In this document: positions 9,103 through 19,265 of the stretch, one piece after another
How positions within the stretch are numbered: position 1 is the stretch's first letter
Layout: each line of letters begins with the position of its first letter
Assembly (NCBI GenBank): GCA_023144035.1
Contig: JAGLGM010000001.1
Coordinates: 1,091-65,090 of the forward strand
Direction of reading: 5' to 3'
Origin: Candidatus Pacearchaeota archaeon
GTDB lineage: Archaea > Nanobdellota > Nanobdellia > Pacearchaeales > GW2011-AR1
Length of the DNA: 64,000 nucleotides
The notes under the pieces: model-generated
What the model was told of the DNA's origin: nothing
Databases searched by the model: none
The model's input: only the letters and a program-made list of their open reading frames with translations
Translations under genes and position numbers: made by a program

Positions 9103-9885
9103 TTGGTTAAAATGGACAAAAAAATCACAGGACAAAACCTCATAGTAGCAAACAAAAACAAAGAAATTGTTGAACATCTTTTTACCAATTATCATAGTAG
9201 ATCAGAGATATATGCAAAGATAGACCCCAAAGGGTATGACCAATATAAAAAAAGCTTAATAATTAGAGACATCCAAGGAGGAATTAAACCAAAGCCAAGA
9301 AAAGCAAAACATTATTCTAAAACACCCATCAACAATAAAATTGTTGAGGCTTTCAAAATATTTTATGCAGAAGGATTTCTAATACAACAAAAACCAATCC
9401 AATATAGGAAACAACCCAGTAAAACAGGAAAATTATACTCTTACCCTATTAAAAGATATAAATTAAATCCCAATTTTTTCTTTGATTATGTTAAAAAAGA
9501 GTTAAAAGGAAATTATTTTACTAAAAAAGAAATACTTGAAATAAGATTTTATCTTGATAATCCCAATATTAGAAAAATGATAGTTAAGAATTATAATAAA
9601 CAAAATAATTTAATAGAAAAAATAAAATATTTTTTACTTGATTTTTACGTGATTTCTGAAACCGATTTTTATTTTAGATTTTTTTCTGAAACAATCACTA
9701 ATTATAAAGAATTATTAAAATTAAATGAAAAAGGGAAAAATTCAAATATTTTATGGAGATTAAGTGATTATGAAATAGGAGGAGAAAAAGAACAAACCAA
9801 AATAAAAAAAGATATAGGGAAAAAAATTAAACTTTTATTTGGATTTGATGGAAAATTAACAAAAGAATTTTCTTCTTTATTCTAA
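9103..9885 (+). CDS. hypothetical protein
   Basis: 260-aa ORF converging on integrase gene. Confidence 0.45.
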   Translation: MVKMDKKITGQNLIVANKNKEIVEHLFTNYHSRSEIYAKIDPKGYDQYKKSLIIRDIQGGIKPKPRKAKHYSKTPINNKIVEAFKIFYAEGFLIQQKPIQYRKQPSKTGKLYSYPIKRYKLNPNFFFDYVKKELKGNYFTKKEILEIRFYLDNPNIRKMIVKNYNKQNNLIEKIKYFLLDFYVISETDFYFRFFSETITNYKELLKLNEKGKNSNILWRLSDYEIGGEKEQTKIKKDIGKKIKLLFGFDGKLTKEFSSLF

Positions 9886-11109
9886 TTTAATCTTAACTTC
9901 TTTATTCATTTTGAATCCTTCTTCAAGAACTTTTTTTAACAACTCTTTTACTTGATCTAAATCTTCTTTTTGTCTTTCCATTCTCTGTCCAACAAGTTTT
10001 TCTCTTTGTTTACTTTCTTCTAATTCATCTTTAACATCTTCAAGATTGTTATTATAATGAACTTTTTTAGCCCTTTTACGATTAATTGCAAGATAATTTA
10101 TATAAGATTCTAACCATTTGCTTTGAGGGGAATGTCCAAGTCTAAGATTTATGTCTTCAACATGCCATCCTTGAGAAAATAAATAACAGGCCATACCAGA
10201 TCTCAAATCTTTCCAAGAAGGTTTCTCTCCTTCGGGTTCACATTTAACTCCTGCTCTTTTAACAACACTATCAAATATTTGCAAAGCTTGTCTGTATTTA
10301 AAACTAAAAATAAAATCATCTTCTTTAAAGGGTACTGCTTTTCTTCTAATCATTCCTTTTTCATCCCTATATTCTGTTTCTTTTCCATATTTAAAAAGTG
10401 CATCTAAAAATCTTAATGTTTCAGGATAAATAGTTGGTTCGCTTCTTGTTTGTCTACTTCTTTTTAGATTTTCTTTAGGAAGATAAACTAAATATTCTTC
10501 TTGTTTTGTATCTCTATTTAATTGTCTCTTAAAATGTTTAACTCTCAATTCTAAAAGAGCAGTAATATTTTCACCAAGATCCCAAGCTAACCAAAATAAA
10601 GCATAATGTTGTGGCTTATGAAGAAAGTTTAACATTCTTTTGAATCCTTCTTCATTAATAAACCGAACTTGTTTTTTTCTTTTATCTGTGAAAAACTCTA
10701 AAGCATTTTCTACAACATCACTTAATCCTGCAAGTTTAAATGGTTTGGACTTGAAGACTTTATTATAATAACCTCTTCTATCTTCAAATCTCCTTCCAGA
10801 ACGATTTTTAATTTTACCATCTTCTAAATCATTATAGACTTGTTTAATTTCTTTTTCAGTTAATTTATTCCAGGCTTTATTTTTAAACCAATTATTCACA
10901 TTTCTAAATTTATTGATATAACCATAAAGAGTTTTATATGAAGACTCATCAATCTTAGGGAGACCATTTTGCCTTTTTAGTTTCTCTTCTTCCCATGCAA
11001 AAAATTTGTTAAACAAATCACGATTATATTTTATAATAGAATTATCTTCTAAAAGAGCTTTTTTTGTTTTCTTATATCTATCTTCAAAACTCATAAAATC
11101 ACTACACAA
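9877..11109 (-). CDS. tyrosine recombinase / phage-type integrase
   Basis: C-terminal boxes DLRSGMACYLFSQG and RLGHSPQSKWLESYINYL (LGH...Y) ; gene abuts 3' end of tRNA-Asp. Confidence 0.8.
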   Translation of the reverse strand: MCSDFMSFEDRYKKTKKALLEDNSIIKYNRDLFNKFFAWEEEKLKRQNGLPKIDESSYKTLYGYINKFRNVNNWFKNKAWNKLTEKEIKQVYNDLEDGKIKNRSGRRFEDRRGYYNKVFKSKPFKLAGLSDVVENALEFFTDKRKKQVRFINEEGFKRMLNFLHKPQHYALFWLAWDLGENITALLELRVKHFKRQLNRDTKQEEYLVYLPKENLKRSRQTRSEPTIYPETLRFLDALFKYGKETEYRDEKGMIRRKAVPFKEDDFIFSFKYRQALQIFDSVVKRAGVKCEPEGEKPSWKDLRSGMACYLFSQGWHVEDINLRLGHSPQSKWLESYINYLAINRKRAKKVHYNNNLEDVKDELEESKQREKLVGQRMERQKEDLDQVKELLKKVLEEGFKMNKEVKIKLE

Positions 11110-11151
11110 AAGGTATTTTTAAACTCTCCTATTGTGCAGTGTCTTACGCCA

Positions 11152-11223
11152 CGCCCACGCCGGGAATCGAACCCGGGTTGCATCCGCGACAGGGATGAGT
11201 CATAGCCGTTAGACCACGTAGGC
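11152..11223 (-). tRNA. tRNA-Asp (anticodon GUC)
   Basis: Hand-folded cloverleaf: acceptor GCCUACG/CGUGGGC, anticodon stem CAUCC/GGAUG with loop CUGUCGC, T-arm CCGGG-UUCGAUU-CCCGG, discriminator G, no encoded CCA. Confidence 0.8.
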
Positions 11224-11278
11224 TTGTTTTCTTTGCTTAAGTGGTGTCAGCCAAAATCTCATAAAGATGTTCTGAGCA

Positions 11279-11291
11279 AGACCACGTAGGC
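11279..11291 (-). repeat. 13-bp direct copy of tRNA-Asp 5' end (GCCTACGTGGTCT) 55 bp upstream of the tRNA
   Basis: agaccacgtaggc occurs at 11211..11223 (tRNA 5' end) and again at 11279..11291; TATA-like TTATATA lies ~25 bp upstream of the distal copy. Confidence 0.6.
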
Positions 11292-11345
11292 ACAATGATA
11301 ATTATCTATATAAGAATTAATTTTTAAACCTTACTATCAATTTAC

Positions 11346-11600
11346 TTAAATAAAAACTAAGTAAAAGTTTTCTCTTTTTCCAATTTTTGTCACTAAAAAT
11401 ACTTCTTTTACTTTTTGCAATTGAATTCTATAATTTCCTGTTCTTATTCTGAACTCCTGATTTTTATTTTTTAATTTTATTACATCTACTTTTCCACCTT
11501 CTTTAAATTTTCTTAATGTAAAAAGAATTTTCTGTTGTATTCTAGCATTTAATTTTTCCAATTGTTTTTTCGAATTCTTAGAAAATTCTATGTTAACCAT
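11346..11600 (-). CDS. relE: RelE/ParE-family toxin
   Basis: 84 aa; EFRIRTGNYRIQL...VTKIGKR pattern of RelE/ParE fold; ATGA-type overlap with upstream antitoxin. Confidence 0.65.
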   Translation of the reverse strand: MVNIEFSKNSKKQLEKLNARIQQKILFTLRKFKEGGKVDVIKLKNKNQEFRIRTGNYRIQLQKVKEVFLVTKIGKRENFYLVFI

Positions 11601-11836
11601 TAGAAACCAAGTTCTTTTTCAACTTCTTCAAGAGTAAAAGTCTCTCCCCTTTCAAATTCTTTTCTTGAAATTTCCATATCTTTTTTTGCCTCTTTTGATA
11701 ATTCTAAATGAGGTTCAATAAAATCCCAAAGAATATCTTCATAACTATCTCCTTCTTCTTTAAATTTCTTTAAAGCATTTAATAAATCAGAACTAATTCT
11801 AATTGATGTTTGATTTTGCATATTATATGTATGCAT
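11600..11836 (-). CDS. antitoxin (RHH / VapB-like PF02697-type, SYEDIL motif)
   Basis: 78 aa; SIRISSDLLNALKK...GDSYEDILWDF; immediately upstream of and overlapping RelE-like gene. Confidence 0.55.
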   Translation of the reverse strand: MHTYNMQNQTSIRISSDLLNALKKFKEEGDSYEDILWDFIEPHLELSKEAKKDMEISRKEFERGETFTLEEVEKELGF

Positions 11837-11932
11837 GAAGTATATTTAAACTTTACTGATTACCTTTAGAACTTCTTAATTTTTGTTTCATATAAAAAAT
11901 AAAATAAAAAAATATATTTTTTGTCTAAATTA

Positions 11933-12442
11933 TTACAATTTATTATAAATCCATGCAAATAACCATGTTGCTATAAATCCGTCAATAAATGAATAAATTG
12001 CTCCAAGAAATGCTCCAAATATACTGATTTTATATCCTAAGAAACCATAGATTTGAACTAAAAAACCAGAATAACTAGACGCATAATTTGGCCAAATTAT
12101 TGCACAAATAGTTAAAATAAATGCACATAAAGCTGTTAAAATTCCTCCAGCTAATCCGAATTTCAAAGTATTTAATTTTCCAAGTTTTGTCATTTTATTT
12201 ACCTCCTTTTCCACCATTTTGATTAAACTGTAAATAATACAAATCATAAGATAGATACGAATCACAAACAAAATAATAAGAAACAAAAGAAATTCATTTC
12301 CTATAAACACTCCTTCAAAATTTCTCATGAAACTATAAATAGAATTACGTAAAAGTATTGAGATTATCCACAAAATAATTATTTTTAAAATTCTTTTTTT
12401 ACCTACTAAAAACCAATTATCAAGTCTTTCTTTTTTAATCAT
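11933..12442 (-). CDS. membrane protein (paralog A)
   Basis: 169 aa, 4 TM segments, shares LDNWFL N-terminus with neighbour. Confidence 0.45.
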   Translation of the reverse strand: MIKKERLDNWFLVGKKRILKIIILWIISILLRNSIYSFMRNFEGVFIGNEFLLFLIILFVIRIYLMICIIYSLIKMVEKEVNKMTKLGKLNTLKFGLAGGILTALCAFILTICAIIWPNYASSYSGFLVQIYGFLGYKISIFGAFLGAIYSFIDGFIATWLFAWIYNKL

Positions 12443-12948
12443 TTTAATTTCTTTTTTATTAATTTGATTAAACTATAAAATACTAATGTGCATGCAATAA
12501 ATATCCCAGTTAACATAAATCCCATTTCAGAATTAATAATGTTAAATTTTATTATAAGTACAATTACAGCAACTCCTAAAATAAATGAAATAATCATTCT
12601 TGTAACAAACTTTGATTCAAACAAAGTCTTATTCTTTATCATTTTAATTAAAGTATAAATAAAACAAACTATAAAATAAATAGGAATTATAATAACAGCT
12701 ATGATAAAAAAGAAAGGTTCATCTCCCCCTGTTGAATCAAAATAATTTTTAAAAATTGCATAAAAAAGATTATGTAATACTATTGCTAAAAACCACCCTA
12801 CAATAATTATCCAAGCTTTTTTCCAAGTTAATAAAAACCAATTATCAAGCTTCTTCTTTTTTTGTTTATTTTTCATTTTTATTAATATAATCTCTAAAAT
12901 TAATAACCTATCCTTTAAATTTTGATTTTCTTGTTTTCCGTGTAGCAA
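12439..12948 (-). CDS. membrane protein (paralog B)
   Basis: 169 aa tandem paralog, overlapping start/stop with paralog A. Confidence 0.45.
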   Translation of the reverse strand: MLHGKQENQNLKDRLLILEIILIKMKNKQKKKKLDNWFLLTWKKAWIIIVGWFLAIVLHNLFYAIFKNYFDSTGGDEPFFFIIAVIIIPIYFIVCFIYTLIKMIKNKTLFESKFVTRMIISFILGVAVIVLIIKFNIINSEMGFMLTGIFIACTLVFYSLIKLIKKKLK

Positions 12949-13077
12949 TTCTAACTAATCTTTTCCAATTTTTGTAAGCACCTTTATTAAATTCTTTTAA
13001 AAGATCAATATGAGCCACATAATTTTTTAAAGGAAAATTTTTTGAATTAGGTAATGCAGATAATGATTTTTCTAAAT

Positions 13078-13395
13078 TCATTTTTTTTTAGAACTTATTT
13101 TATAATTATCTTTTATATATTGTACTCTATATTTTTCTGCTAAGGGAAATTTTTTAATCTCATTATCTGCCTCTATATTTTCTGGAACAGATTCTAAATT
13201 TATTGTTTTTCCATTAACATTAATTTCAGTAATTCCTCCCTCACTTTTCTTTTTAAAATATTTTCTAAAAGGACTATATAAATTCTCAAAAAATTCTTTA
13301 ACTCCAACTTTCCGAGCTATTTTTTCTAACCCTCTATCAATTTTGCTCATAGGTATTAACCTTCTAAGATAAATATACTCATTTCCATCAGACAT
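13078..13395 (-). CDS. hypothetical protein
   Basis: 105-aa ORF 2 nt downstream of serS. Confidence 0.35.
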   Translation of the reverse strand: MSDGNEYIYLRRLIPMSKIDRGLEKIARKVGVKEFFENLYSPFRKYFKKKSEGGITEINVNGKTINLESVPENIEADNEIKKFPLAEKYRVQYIKDNYKISSKKK

Positions 13396-13396
13396 T

Positions 13397-14686
13397 TTAT
13401 TTTTTATTTACCTCTTTTTTAATAACTTTTTTTCCACCCATATATTTCCATAACACCTTAGGTATCTTTATACTTCCGTCTTTTTGTTGATTATTTTCCA
13501 TTATAGCAACTATTGCTCTAGAAGTTGCAATAACAGTATTATTCAAAGTATGAGCATAATATCTCTTTCCTTTATCTTCAATTTTAATATTTAATCTTCT
13601 TGCTTGAGCTTCTTCCATATTTGTTAATGAAGTTATTTCAAAATATTTTTTCTGTCTTGGACTCCAAGCCTCTAAATCACATGATTTTGTTTTTAAATCT
13701 GCTAAATCACCTGAACAACATTCTAAAACTCTAACAGGAATCTCTAATACTTTAAATAAATCCAATGAAAACTTTAACATTTTATCATACCATTTATAAG
13801 AATCTTCTGGCTCACAAACCACAACCATTTCTTGTTTATTGAATTGATGTGTTCTATAAATTCCTTTTTCATCAATTCCATGAGAACCAATTTCTTTCCT
13901 AAAACACATACTATATGCAGTTTGTTTAATTGGAAGTTCTTTTTTCTTAACTACTTTATTTATGAATTGACCTATTAAAGGATGTTCAGATGTTGCAATT
14001 AAATACAAATCTTCTCCGTCAACTTTGTAAGCCATTTGTTTAATTTCTGCATGAGAATAAACTCCGCTTAAAATTTCTTTTCGAATCATTAATGGAGGTT
14101 CCACATATTCAAAATCTTGTTTAACCATAAAATCTCTTGCAAAGTTTATCAAAGCCATATTCAATAAAGCTAAATCTCCTTTAAGAAAATAAAATCCTTT
14201 TCCAGAAGTTTTTGTAGAAGTGTCAAAATCAAGCATTCCTAAAGATTCACCAAGTTCAACATGACTTTTTACAGAAAAACTAAATTTCTTTGATTTACCA
14301 ATTTTTTTAATTTCTTTATTTTCTTTATCAGATTTTCCAATAGGAACACTTTTATGAATTATATTTGGAATCTTAAACATAATTTCTTTAATTTCTTTTT
14401 CAAGTTTTTTCCTTTTTTCTTGAGATTTTTCAATTTTTTTTGGAATTTCTTTAGCTTTTTTAATTAAAGTAGAAGCATCTTTCTTATTTTTCTTAGCTTG
14501 ATTAATTTCTTTAGAAATCTTATTCCTTTCACTTCGCAATCCATCTTCATTATATTTTAATTTCCTCCATTCTTCATCTAATTTCTTAATCTTATCTACA
14601 AGAGGAAGTTTTTCATTTTGATGTTTCTTTTTTATATTTTCCTTAACTAATTCTGGATTTTCCCTGATAAGTTTCATATCAATCAT
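13397..14686 (-). CDS. serS: seryl-tRNA synthetase
   Basis: N-terminal coiled-coil arm; class II motifs FRKEIGSHGIDEKGIYRTHQFNKQE and C-terminal motif 3 region. Confidence 0.9.
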   Translation of the reverse strand: MIDMKLIRENPELVKENIKKKHQNEKLPLVDKIKKLDEEWRKLKYNEDGLRSERNKISKEINQAKKNKKDASTLIKKAKEIPKKIEKSQEKRKKLEKEIKEIMFKIPNIIHKSVPIGKSDKENKEIKKIGKSKKFSFSVKSHVELGESLGMLDFDTSTKTSGKGFYFLKGDLALLNMALINFARDFMVKQDFEYVEPPLMIRKEILSGVYSHAEIKQMAYKVDGEDLYLIATSEHPLIGQFINKVVKKKELPIKQTAYSMCFRKEIGSHGIDEKGIYRTHQFNKQEMVVVCEPEDSYKWYDKMLKFSLDLFKVLEIPVRVLECCSGDLADLKTKSCDLEAWSPRQKKYFEITSLTNMEEAQARRLNIKIEDKGKRYYAHTLNNTVIATSRAIVAIMENNQQKDGSIKIPKVLWKYMGGKKVIKKEVNKK

Positions 14687-14770
14687 ATTTCAATTAAAGA
14701 AATATTATATTTAAATCTTCTCCAAACCTTTAAAAATATCAATTACCCTATAATTCTATTGAGGTGAACA

Positions 14771-15424
14771 ATGACTCTTACAACAGAAATTACAGAAGCT
14801 TATAATTTATTCATAGCATCTTTACCACAGTGGGCACAAAGTTTTATTTCATTCTTTTTATTAGCTATTTTAATTTTAATTTATGCTATTTTTATTTGGA
14901 AATTTTATAGGTGGATTTCAACTAAAAATCTTTTAGAATTAAATCTTAATAAATACAACAAATCGCAACACCCTGCAACCTCAAAAATGCTCGCAGGTAT
15001 CTTTTACCTATTAGAATATATTATAATTTTACCATTTTTAATTTTCTTTTGGTTTTTAATATTTACAATATTTTTATTAGTATTAACTGAAGGTTTACCT
15101 GTAGGAACTTTATTAATTATCTCTGCAACAATTATCGCTGCAATTAGAATGACTGCTTATTATAATGAAGATTTGTCAAAAGATCTTGCAAAACTAGTTC
15201 CCTTTACATTATTAGGAGTTTCAATAATTAATCCTGATTTCTTTAATATAGGTAGAATAATTTCTCAAGTAAGTGAAATACCTCAATTTATTACACATAT
15301 AGCTTTCTACCTTATTTTTATAGTTGGTTTAGAAATTGTATTAAGAATTTTTGAATTTGCATTTTCAATATTTAATTTATCAGATGAAGAAATAAAACCT
15401 CAAGTAGAACAAACAACACAATAA
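14771..15424 (+). CDS. membrane protein
   Basis: 217 aa, multiple TM helices. Confidence 0.45.
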   Translation: MTLTTEITEAYNLFIASLPQWAQSFISFFLLAILILIYAIFIWKFYRWISTKNLLELNLNKYNKSQHPATSKMLAGIFYLLEYIIILPFLIFFWFLIFTIFLLVLTEGLPVGTLLIISATIIAAIRMTAYYNEDLSKDLAKLVPFTLLGVSIINPDFFNIGRIISQVSEIPQFITHIAFYLIFIVGLEIVLRIFEFAFSIFNLSDEEIKPQVEQTTQ

Positions 15425-15516
15425 TTAATTTTTAAAGTCTTAACCCTATCTGGGAGTTGACTAGTTTAGGCATTTACTAAGAGGAGTAGAGATTTATGCA
15501 TCGATTATGCCATAAA

Positions 15517-16023
15517 TTACTTTTTAGAGTATTTATCTGGTCTCTGGAAAGAGTGATGAAAATTCAATTTAATAGATGAATGATACGGCTTATTATTTAG
15601 AATAATCTTGCCTTCTCTGTTCATATTGTAAGATTGTACAATTCCACCAAGAGTTTCTGATTGCCCAGAGCCAGACCAATTCAATTGTATAATCCCTTTC
15701 TCATAAATAGACTTGATTTGGAGATCCACTTCATTTCGGGACAGAAGTTGACCCATATCAATTTTATTGTCTATTATCTTCCAAAAAAGCCTATCTTCGG
15801 GAGCATATTTTCCAGTAATCTTTCTACTTCTTACAGAAAAACTTAGTTCTGAACCCAAATCATGGCTCGCTTGCCTGTACCAATGATTAAAGTTATTCAT
15901 TATGTCATTGTATACCCCTACAACTTCCTGAGTATATCCTATTTCTTCTGGATTTTTGAATAGTTTTGCCTCAGGAAATAACTCCTCAAGTGTAAACTTT
16001 CTTTGTTTATTTTTAATTGTCAT
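15517..16023 (-). CDS. hypothetical protein
   Basis: 168-aa ORF, no recognised motif. Confidence 0.4.
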   Translation of the reverse strand: MTIKNKQRKFTLEELFPEAKLFKNPEEIGYTQEVVGVYNDIMNNFNHWYRQASHDLGSELSFSVRSRKITGKYAPEDRLFWKIIDNKIDMGQLLSRNEVDLQIKSIYEKGIIQLNWSGSGQSETLGGIVQSYNMNREGKIILNNKPYHSSIKLNFHHSFQRPDKYSKK

Positions 16024-16108
16024 AATTTAGTTATAGGTTTGTACTATTTAAATACTACTCTCCCCCTTCAGGAGAACATTTATATACTTTCAAATATATA
16101 AAGAATTA

Positions 16109-16846
16109 ATGATTCGTGAAAAATTACAAAAAGTAGGATTTACTATTGGAGAAAGTGAAATTTATGAGTTACTTGTAGAATCTGGAGAAACAAAAGCAGG
16201 AACATTAATTAAACAAGCAAACATCACTAGTTCAAAGGTTTACAATGTTCTACAAAGATTAATTTATAAAGGATTAGTAAGCTTCGTTGAAAAAGAAGGA
16301 ATTAAATATTATCAAGCAACACCTCCTGAACGCCTTAATGATTTTCTTGAAGAAAAAAAGATTGAAATTACAGAAACACAAGATGAGATGAATAAAATAA
16401 TTAATTTAATTGAACAAAAAAACAAAGATACGAAAGAAAAAAATACAGTTAGAATGTATTTAGGTAAACAAGGACCAAAAATTGTCCTTAAAGAATTAGC
16501 AGAAGCAAGCGTAGAAGAAAAATACAATTATGGTTATGGAACTCAAGATAACCCTTTTCTTGAAATGTTTCCTCATGATATGAAGGAATTTTTTGAAGCA
16601 GAAAAGAAATACAAATTAAAAACACAAATATTATTTGCCAAAGGAAAAAAACAAAAACAACCAAACGCAGATATTAGATATATCTCTTCTGAATTTATAA
16701 CTCCTGTAAGAACAATGATTGCAGGAAATAAGTTATTCATGATTGATTTCACAGATAAAATAACTTCAATTATTATTGAAAATAAATCTATTGCACAAAG
16801 TTATAAAGAACACTTTAGATTGTTATGGAAAATAGCTAAGAAATAA
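16109..16846 (+). CDS. TrmB-family transcriptional regulator
   Basis: N-terminal wHTH VGFTIGESEIYELLVESGETKAGTLIKQANITSSKVYNVLQRLIYKGLVS like TrmB. Confidence 0.6.
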   Translation: MIREKLQKVGFTIGESEIYELLVESGETKAGTLIKQANITSSKVYNVLQRLIYKGLVSFVEKEGIKYYQATPPERLNDFLEEKKIEITETQDEMNKIINLIEQKNKDTKEKNTVRMYLGKQGPKIVLKELAEASVEEKYNYGYGTQDNPFLEMFPHDMKEFFEAEKKYKLKTQILFAKGKKQKQPNADIRYISSEFITPVRTMIAGNKLFMIDFTDKITSIIIENKSIAQSYKEHFRLLWKIAKK

Positions 16847-16873
16847 CTCCCGCTCCGAGCGTTAAAAAAATAA

Positions 16874-18580
16874 TTAATTTCTCTCAACTTCAGGATGTTC
16901 ATGTCCTTTTTTTGCAATTTCTTTTAATGTTTTAATATGCTTTTCTTTTTCTAATTTATATTCACTTCTATTTATTTTCAAATCTTTAAGCATCTTTGCA
17001 ACATATTCTCCTCCTAAAAAATGAGGAGTTAAAACATAATTTGCCCCCTCCTTATATAAATCCAATGCATCCTTAATTGTATGTGCTCTCACAATAATAA
17101 CTGCTTTATTATTAACTGCTCTTACGTTTTCTATTAAAAGTGCATTTGTTTCAAAATCAGGAATTGTTGAAACAGCCATTTTTATTTTGCTTAATTCTAA
17201 TGTTTTTAAAAATTCTGTATCATCTACATCTCCATATATACAAGGAATATTAAACTTCTGTAAATCAGAAACAGTACTAGGATTAAAATCAACAACAAGA
17301 TATTTTTCTTTTATTTTCTTAAATGATTTTAAAATACTAAATCCAATTCTATTATACCCAAATAAAACAGAATCATATTTTAGCTTAATTTCCTTTTCTT
17401 TCCTAACTTTTTTTCTCTCAAATATAGAAAGATATTTAGAAAAATAAGGATAAATTTTATCAGAATATAACATAAGATATGTAGAACCTGAGATAGTTAT
17501 CAAACCTACAATTGTAACAAGAGATAATATTTCCTGAGTCAAGTGACCTACACTAACTCCTAAAGCTATAAGGATTAAAGAAAATTCACTTATTTGAGCT
17601 ACTGTAAACCCTGCCTGAAACCCTGTCCTTTTTTTGTAACCAAGTAAGCCCATTAAAGTCATAACAATAAGAGGATTTCCAATAAGAATAAACAATGAAA
17701 GAAAAATTGCAGGAACTATTAATTGACCCATATTTCCAAAAACCATTTGTGATCCAAGAAGTATAAAAAATAAAATAATAAAAAAGTCTCTTAAAGGTCT
17801 CATCTTTGAACTAACTTCATAATGATATGGTGAAATTGAAAGTGTAATACCTGCTATTAAAGCACCAATTTCCATTGAAAATCCAATGTAATGAAATAAT
17901 GCAGCTAAACCTAATCCCCATCCAATTGAAAATAAAAATAAAAGTTCTTGAGATTTCGCAAAGAATTTAGATAAACGAGGTAAAAGATAAATTACTATTA
18001 ATACAAAAATTCCAATTGCTACAACTCCAAAAATAGCAGTTTCTAATGTTAAACTAATCTTATTTAATTTACCTGAAAAAGAAGAAATTACCATTAAAAG
18101 AATTATGACAAAAACATCTTGAACTAATAAAAAACCAATTGAAATCTTTCCATACAATTTCTCTAAATCATTTTTATCAGATAATAATTTCATAATTATA
18201 ATTGTACTACTAAATGCAAGAGCCAAAGAAATATATAGAGAAACAATTGTTGAAAAACCTAATAAAAATTTACTTATAAAAAAACCAATCAAAGATGTAA
18301 AAGTAATCTGACCAATTCCAGTTATTAAAGAAACTTTACCAACCTCTTTTATAACTTTAGGACTTAAACTTAAACCAACAATAAAAAGAAGAAACGCTAC
18401 ACCTATTTGTGCAAACACTGAAATTGTTTCTGTTGACTTAACAATATTAAGAAAATAAGGACTCACAATTATACCAGTTAAAATATATCCTATAATTAAA
18501 GGTTGTTTTAATAATCTCATTAAACCTGCGATTAAAACAGCTATTACAATAATTAAACTCAATTCTATAAATACTTCCAT
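16874..18580 (-). CDS. CPA2 cation/H+ antiporter (Kef-type) with C-terminal RCK/TrkA-N domain
   Basis: ~12 TM N-terminal Na+/H+ exchanger-like domain; C-terminal Rossmann VLFGYNRIGFSILKS... Confidence 0.8.
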   Translation of the reverse strand: MEVFIELSLIIVIAVLIAGLMRLLKQPLIIGYILTGIIVSPYFLNIVKSTETISVFAQIGVAFLLFIVGLSLSPKVIKEVGKVSLITGIGQITFTSLIGFFISKFLLGFSTIVSLYISLALAFSSTIIIMKLLSDKNDLEKLYGKISIGFLLVQDVFVIILLMVISSFSGKLNKISLTLETAIFGVVAIGIFVLIVIYLLPRLSKFFAKSQELLFLFSIGWGLGLAALFHYIGFSMEIGALIAGITLSISPYHYEVSSKMRPLRDFFIILFFILLGSQMVFGNMGQLIVPAIFLSLFILIGNPLIVMTLMGLLGYKKRTGFQAGFTVAQISEFSLILIALGVSVGHLTQEILSLVTIVGLITISGSTYLMLYSDKIYPYFSKYLSIFERKKVRKEKEIKLKYDSVLFGYNRIGFSILKSFKKIKEKYLVVDFNPSTVSDLQKFNIPCIYGDVDDTEFLKTLELSKIKMAVSTIPDFETNALLIENVRAVNNKAVIIVRAHTIKDALDLYKEGANYVLTPHFLGGEYVAKMLKDLKINRSEYKLEKEKHIKTLKEIAKKGHEHPEVERN

Positions 18581-18637
18581 AAATTACATCCTCTTATGTT
18601 GTAAAAAAGAGAAATATAGTATAAAAATGTTTTGAGG

Positions 18638-18829
18638 TTAAGGAGCCTTCTTTTTATAATCAAGATAAATCTGGCATTCAGGATAATCTGTACAAACACA
18701 ACTTAAATATTTTTTTTCTTTATTAGAAGAATCTTCATTTTTTGATCTTAAAAGACACACACGTTTATCAAAAAAAAAGGCTATAAAAGGACAATTCTCA
18801 TTTACTTTATCATCTAATTTAAGATTCAT
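18638..18829 (-). CDS. small zinc-ribbon protein (topoisomerase-type C4 finger-like)
   Basis: CPF...C...SCVCTDYPEC resembles GCSxYPxC zinc ribbon. Confidence 0.3.
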   Translation of the reverse strand: MNLKLDDKVNENCPFIAFFFDKRVCLLRSKNEDSSNKEKKYLSCVCTDYPECQIYLDYKKKAP

Positions 18830-18911
18830 ATCTTATTTATCTTCTTTATATTTATAATTATTTGGATACAATAAACAATAAGTTTTTAAACTATTTTTCA
18901 AACTTTATCAT

Positions 18912-19220
18912 ATGCCAAAAGTAAGAATCAAATTAAATAGTACAGATATAAATATGCTTAATGATGTTTGTAATTCTATTAAAGATATTTCAAAAAAAGT
19001 AGGAATAACTATGAGTGGGCCTGTTCCTCTCCCTACAAAAAAACTTAAAATAACTACAAGAAAATCACCTTGTGGAGACGGTACTGCAACTTTTGATAGA
19101 TTTGAAATGAGAATTCATAAAAGATTAATCGACCTTCCAGCAAATGAAAAAGTACTTCACCACATTATGAGAATGCAAATTCCAAAACCTGTTAATATAA
19201 AAATAGAAATGAAAGATTAA
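18912..19220 (+). CDS. rps10: 30S ribosomal protein S10 (uS10)
   Basis: KIRIKL...LPTKK...TVLRSPHVDKKSRE-like pattern: VRIKLNSTDINMLNDVCNSI...GPVPLPTKKLKITTRKSPCGDGTATFDRFEMRIHKRLIDL. Confidence 0.85.
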   Translation: MPKVRIKLNSTDINMLNDVCNSIKDISKKVGITMSGPVPLPTKKLKITTRKSPCGDGTATFDRFEMRIHKRLIDLPANEKVLHHIMRMQIPKPVNIKIEMKD

Positions 19221-19265
19221 TTTTAATCACAATAATATTTTTTAATTCTAAAAACAATTAATTTT

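Noticed and set aside
11223-11291. Possible non-canonical intron in tRNA-Asp using the distal 13-bp copy.
   Set aside because: The contiguous 72-nt sequence 11152..11223 already folds into a complete cloverleaf. An intron is not required, so it is reported only as an observation.
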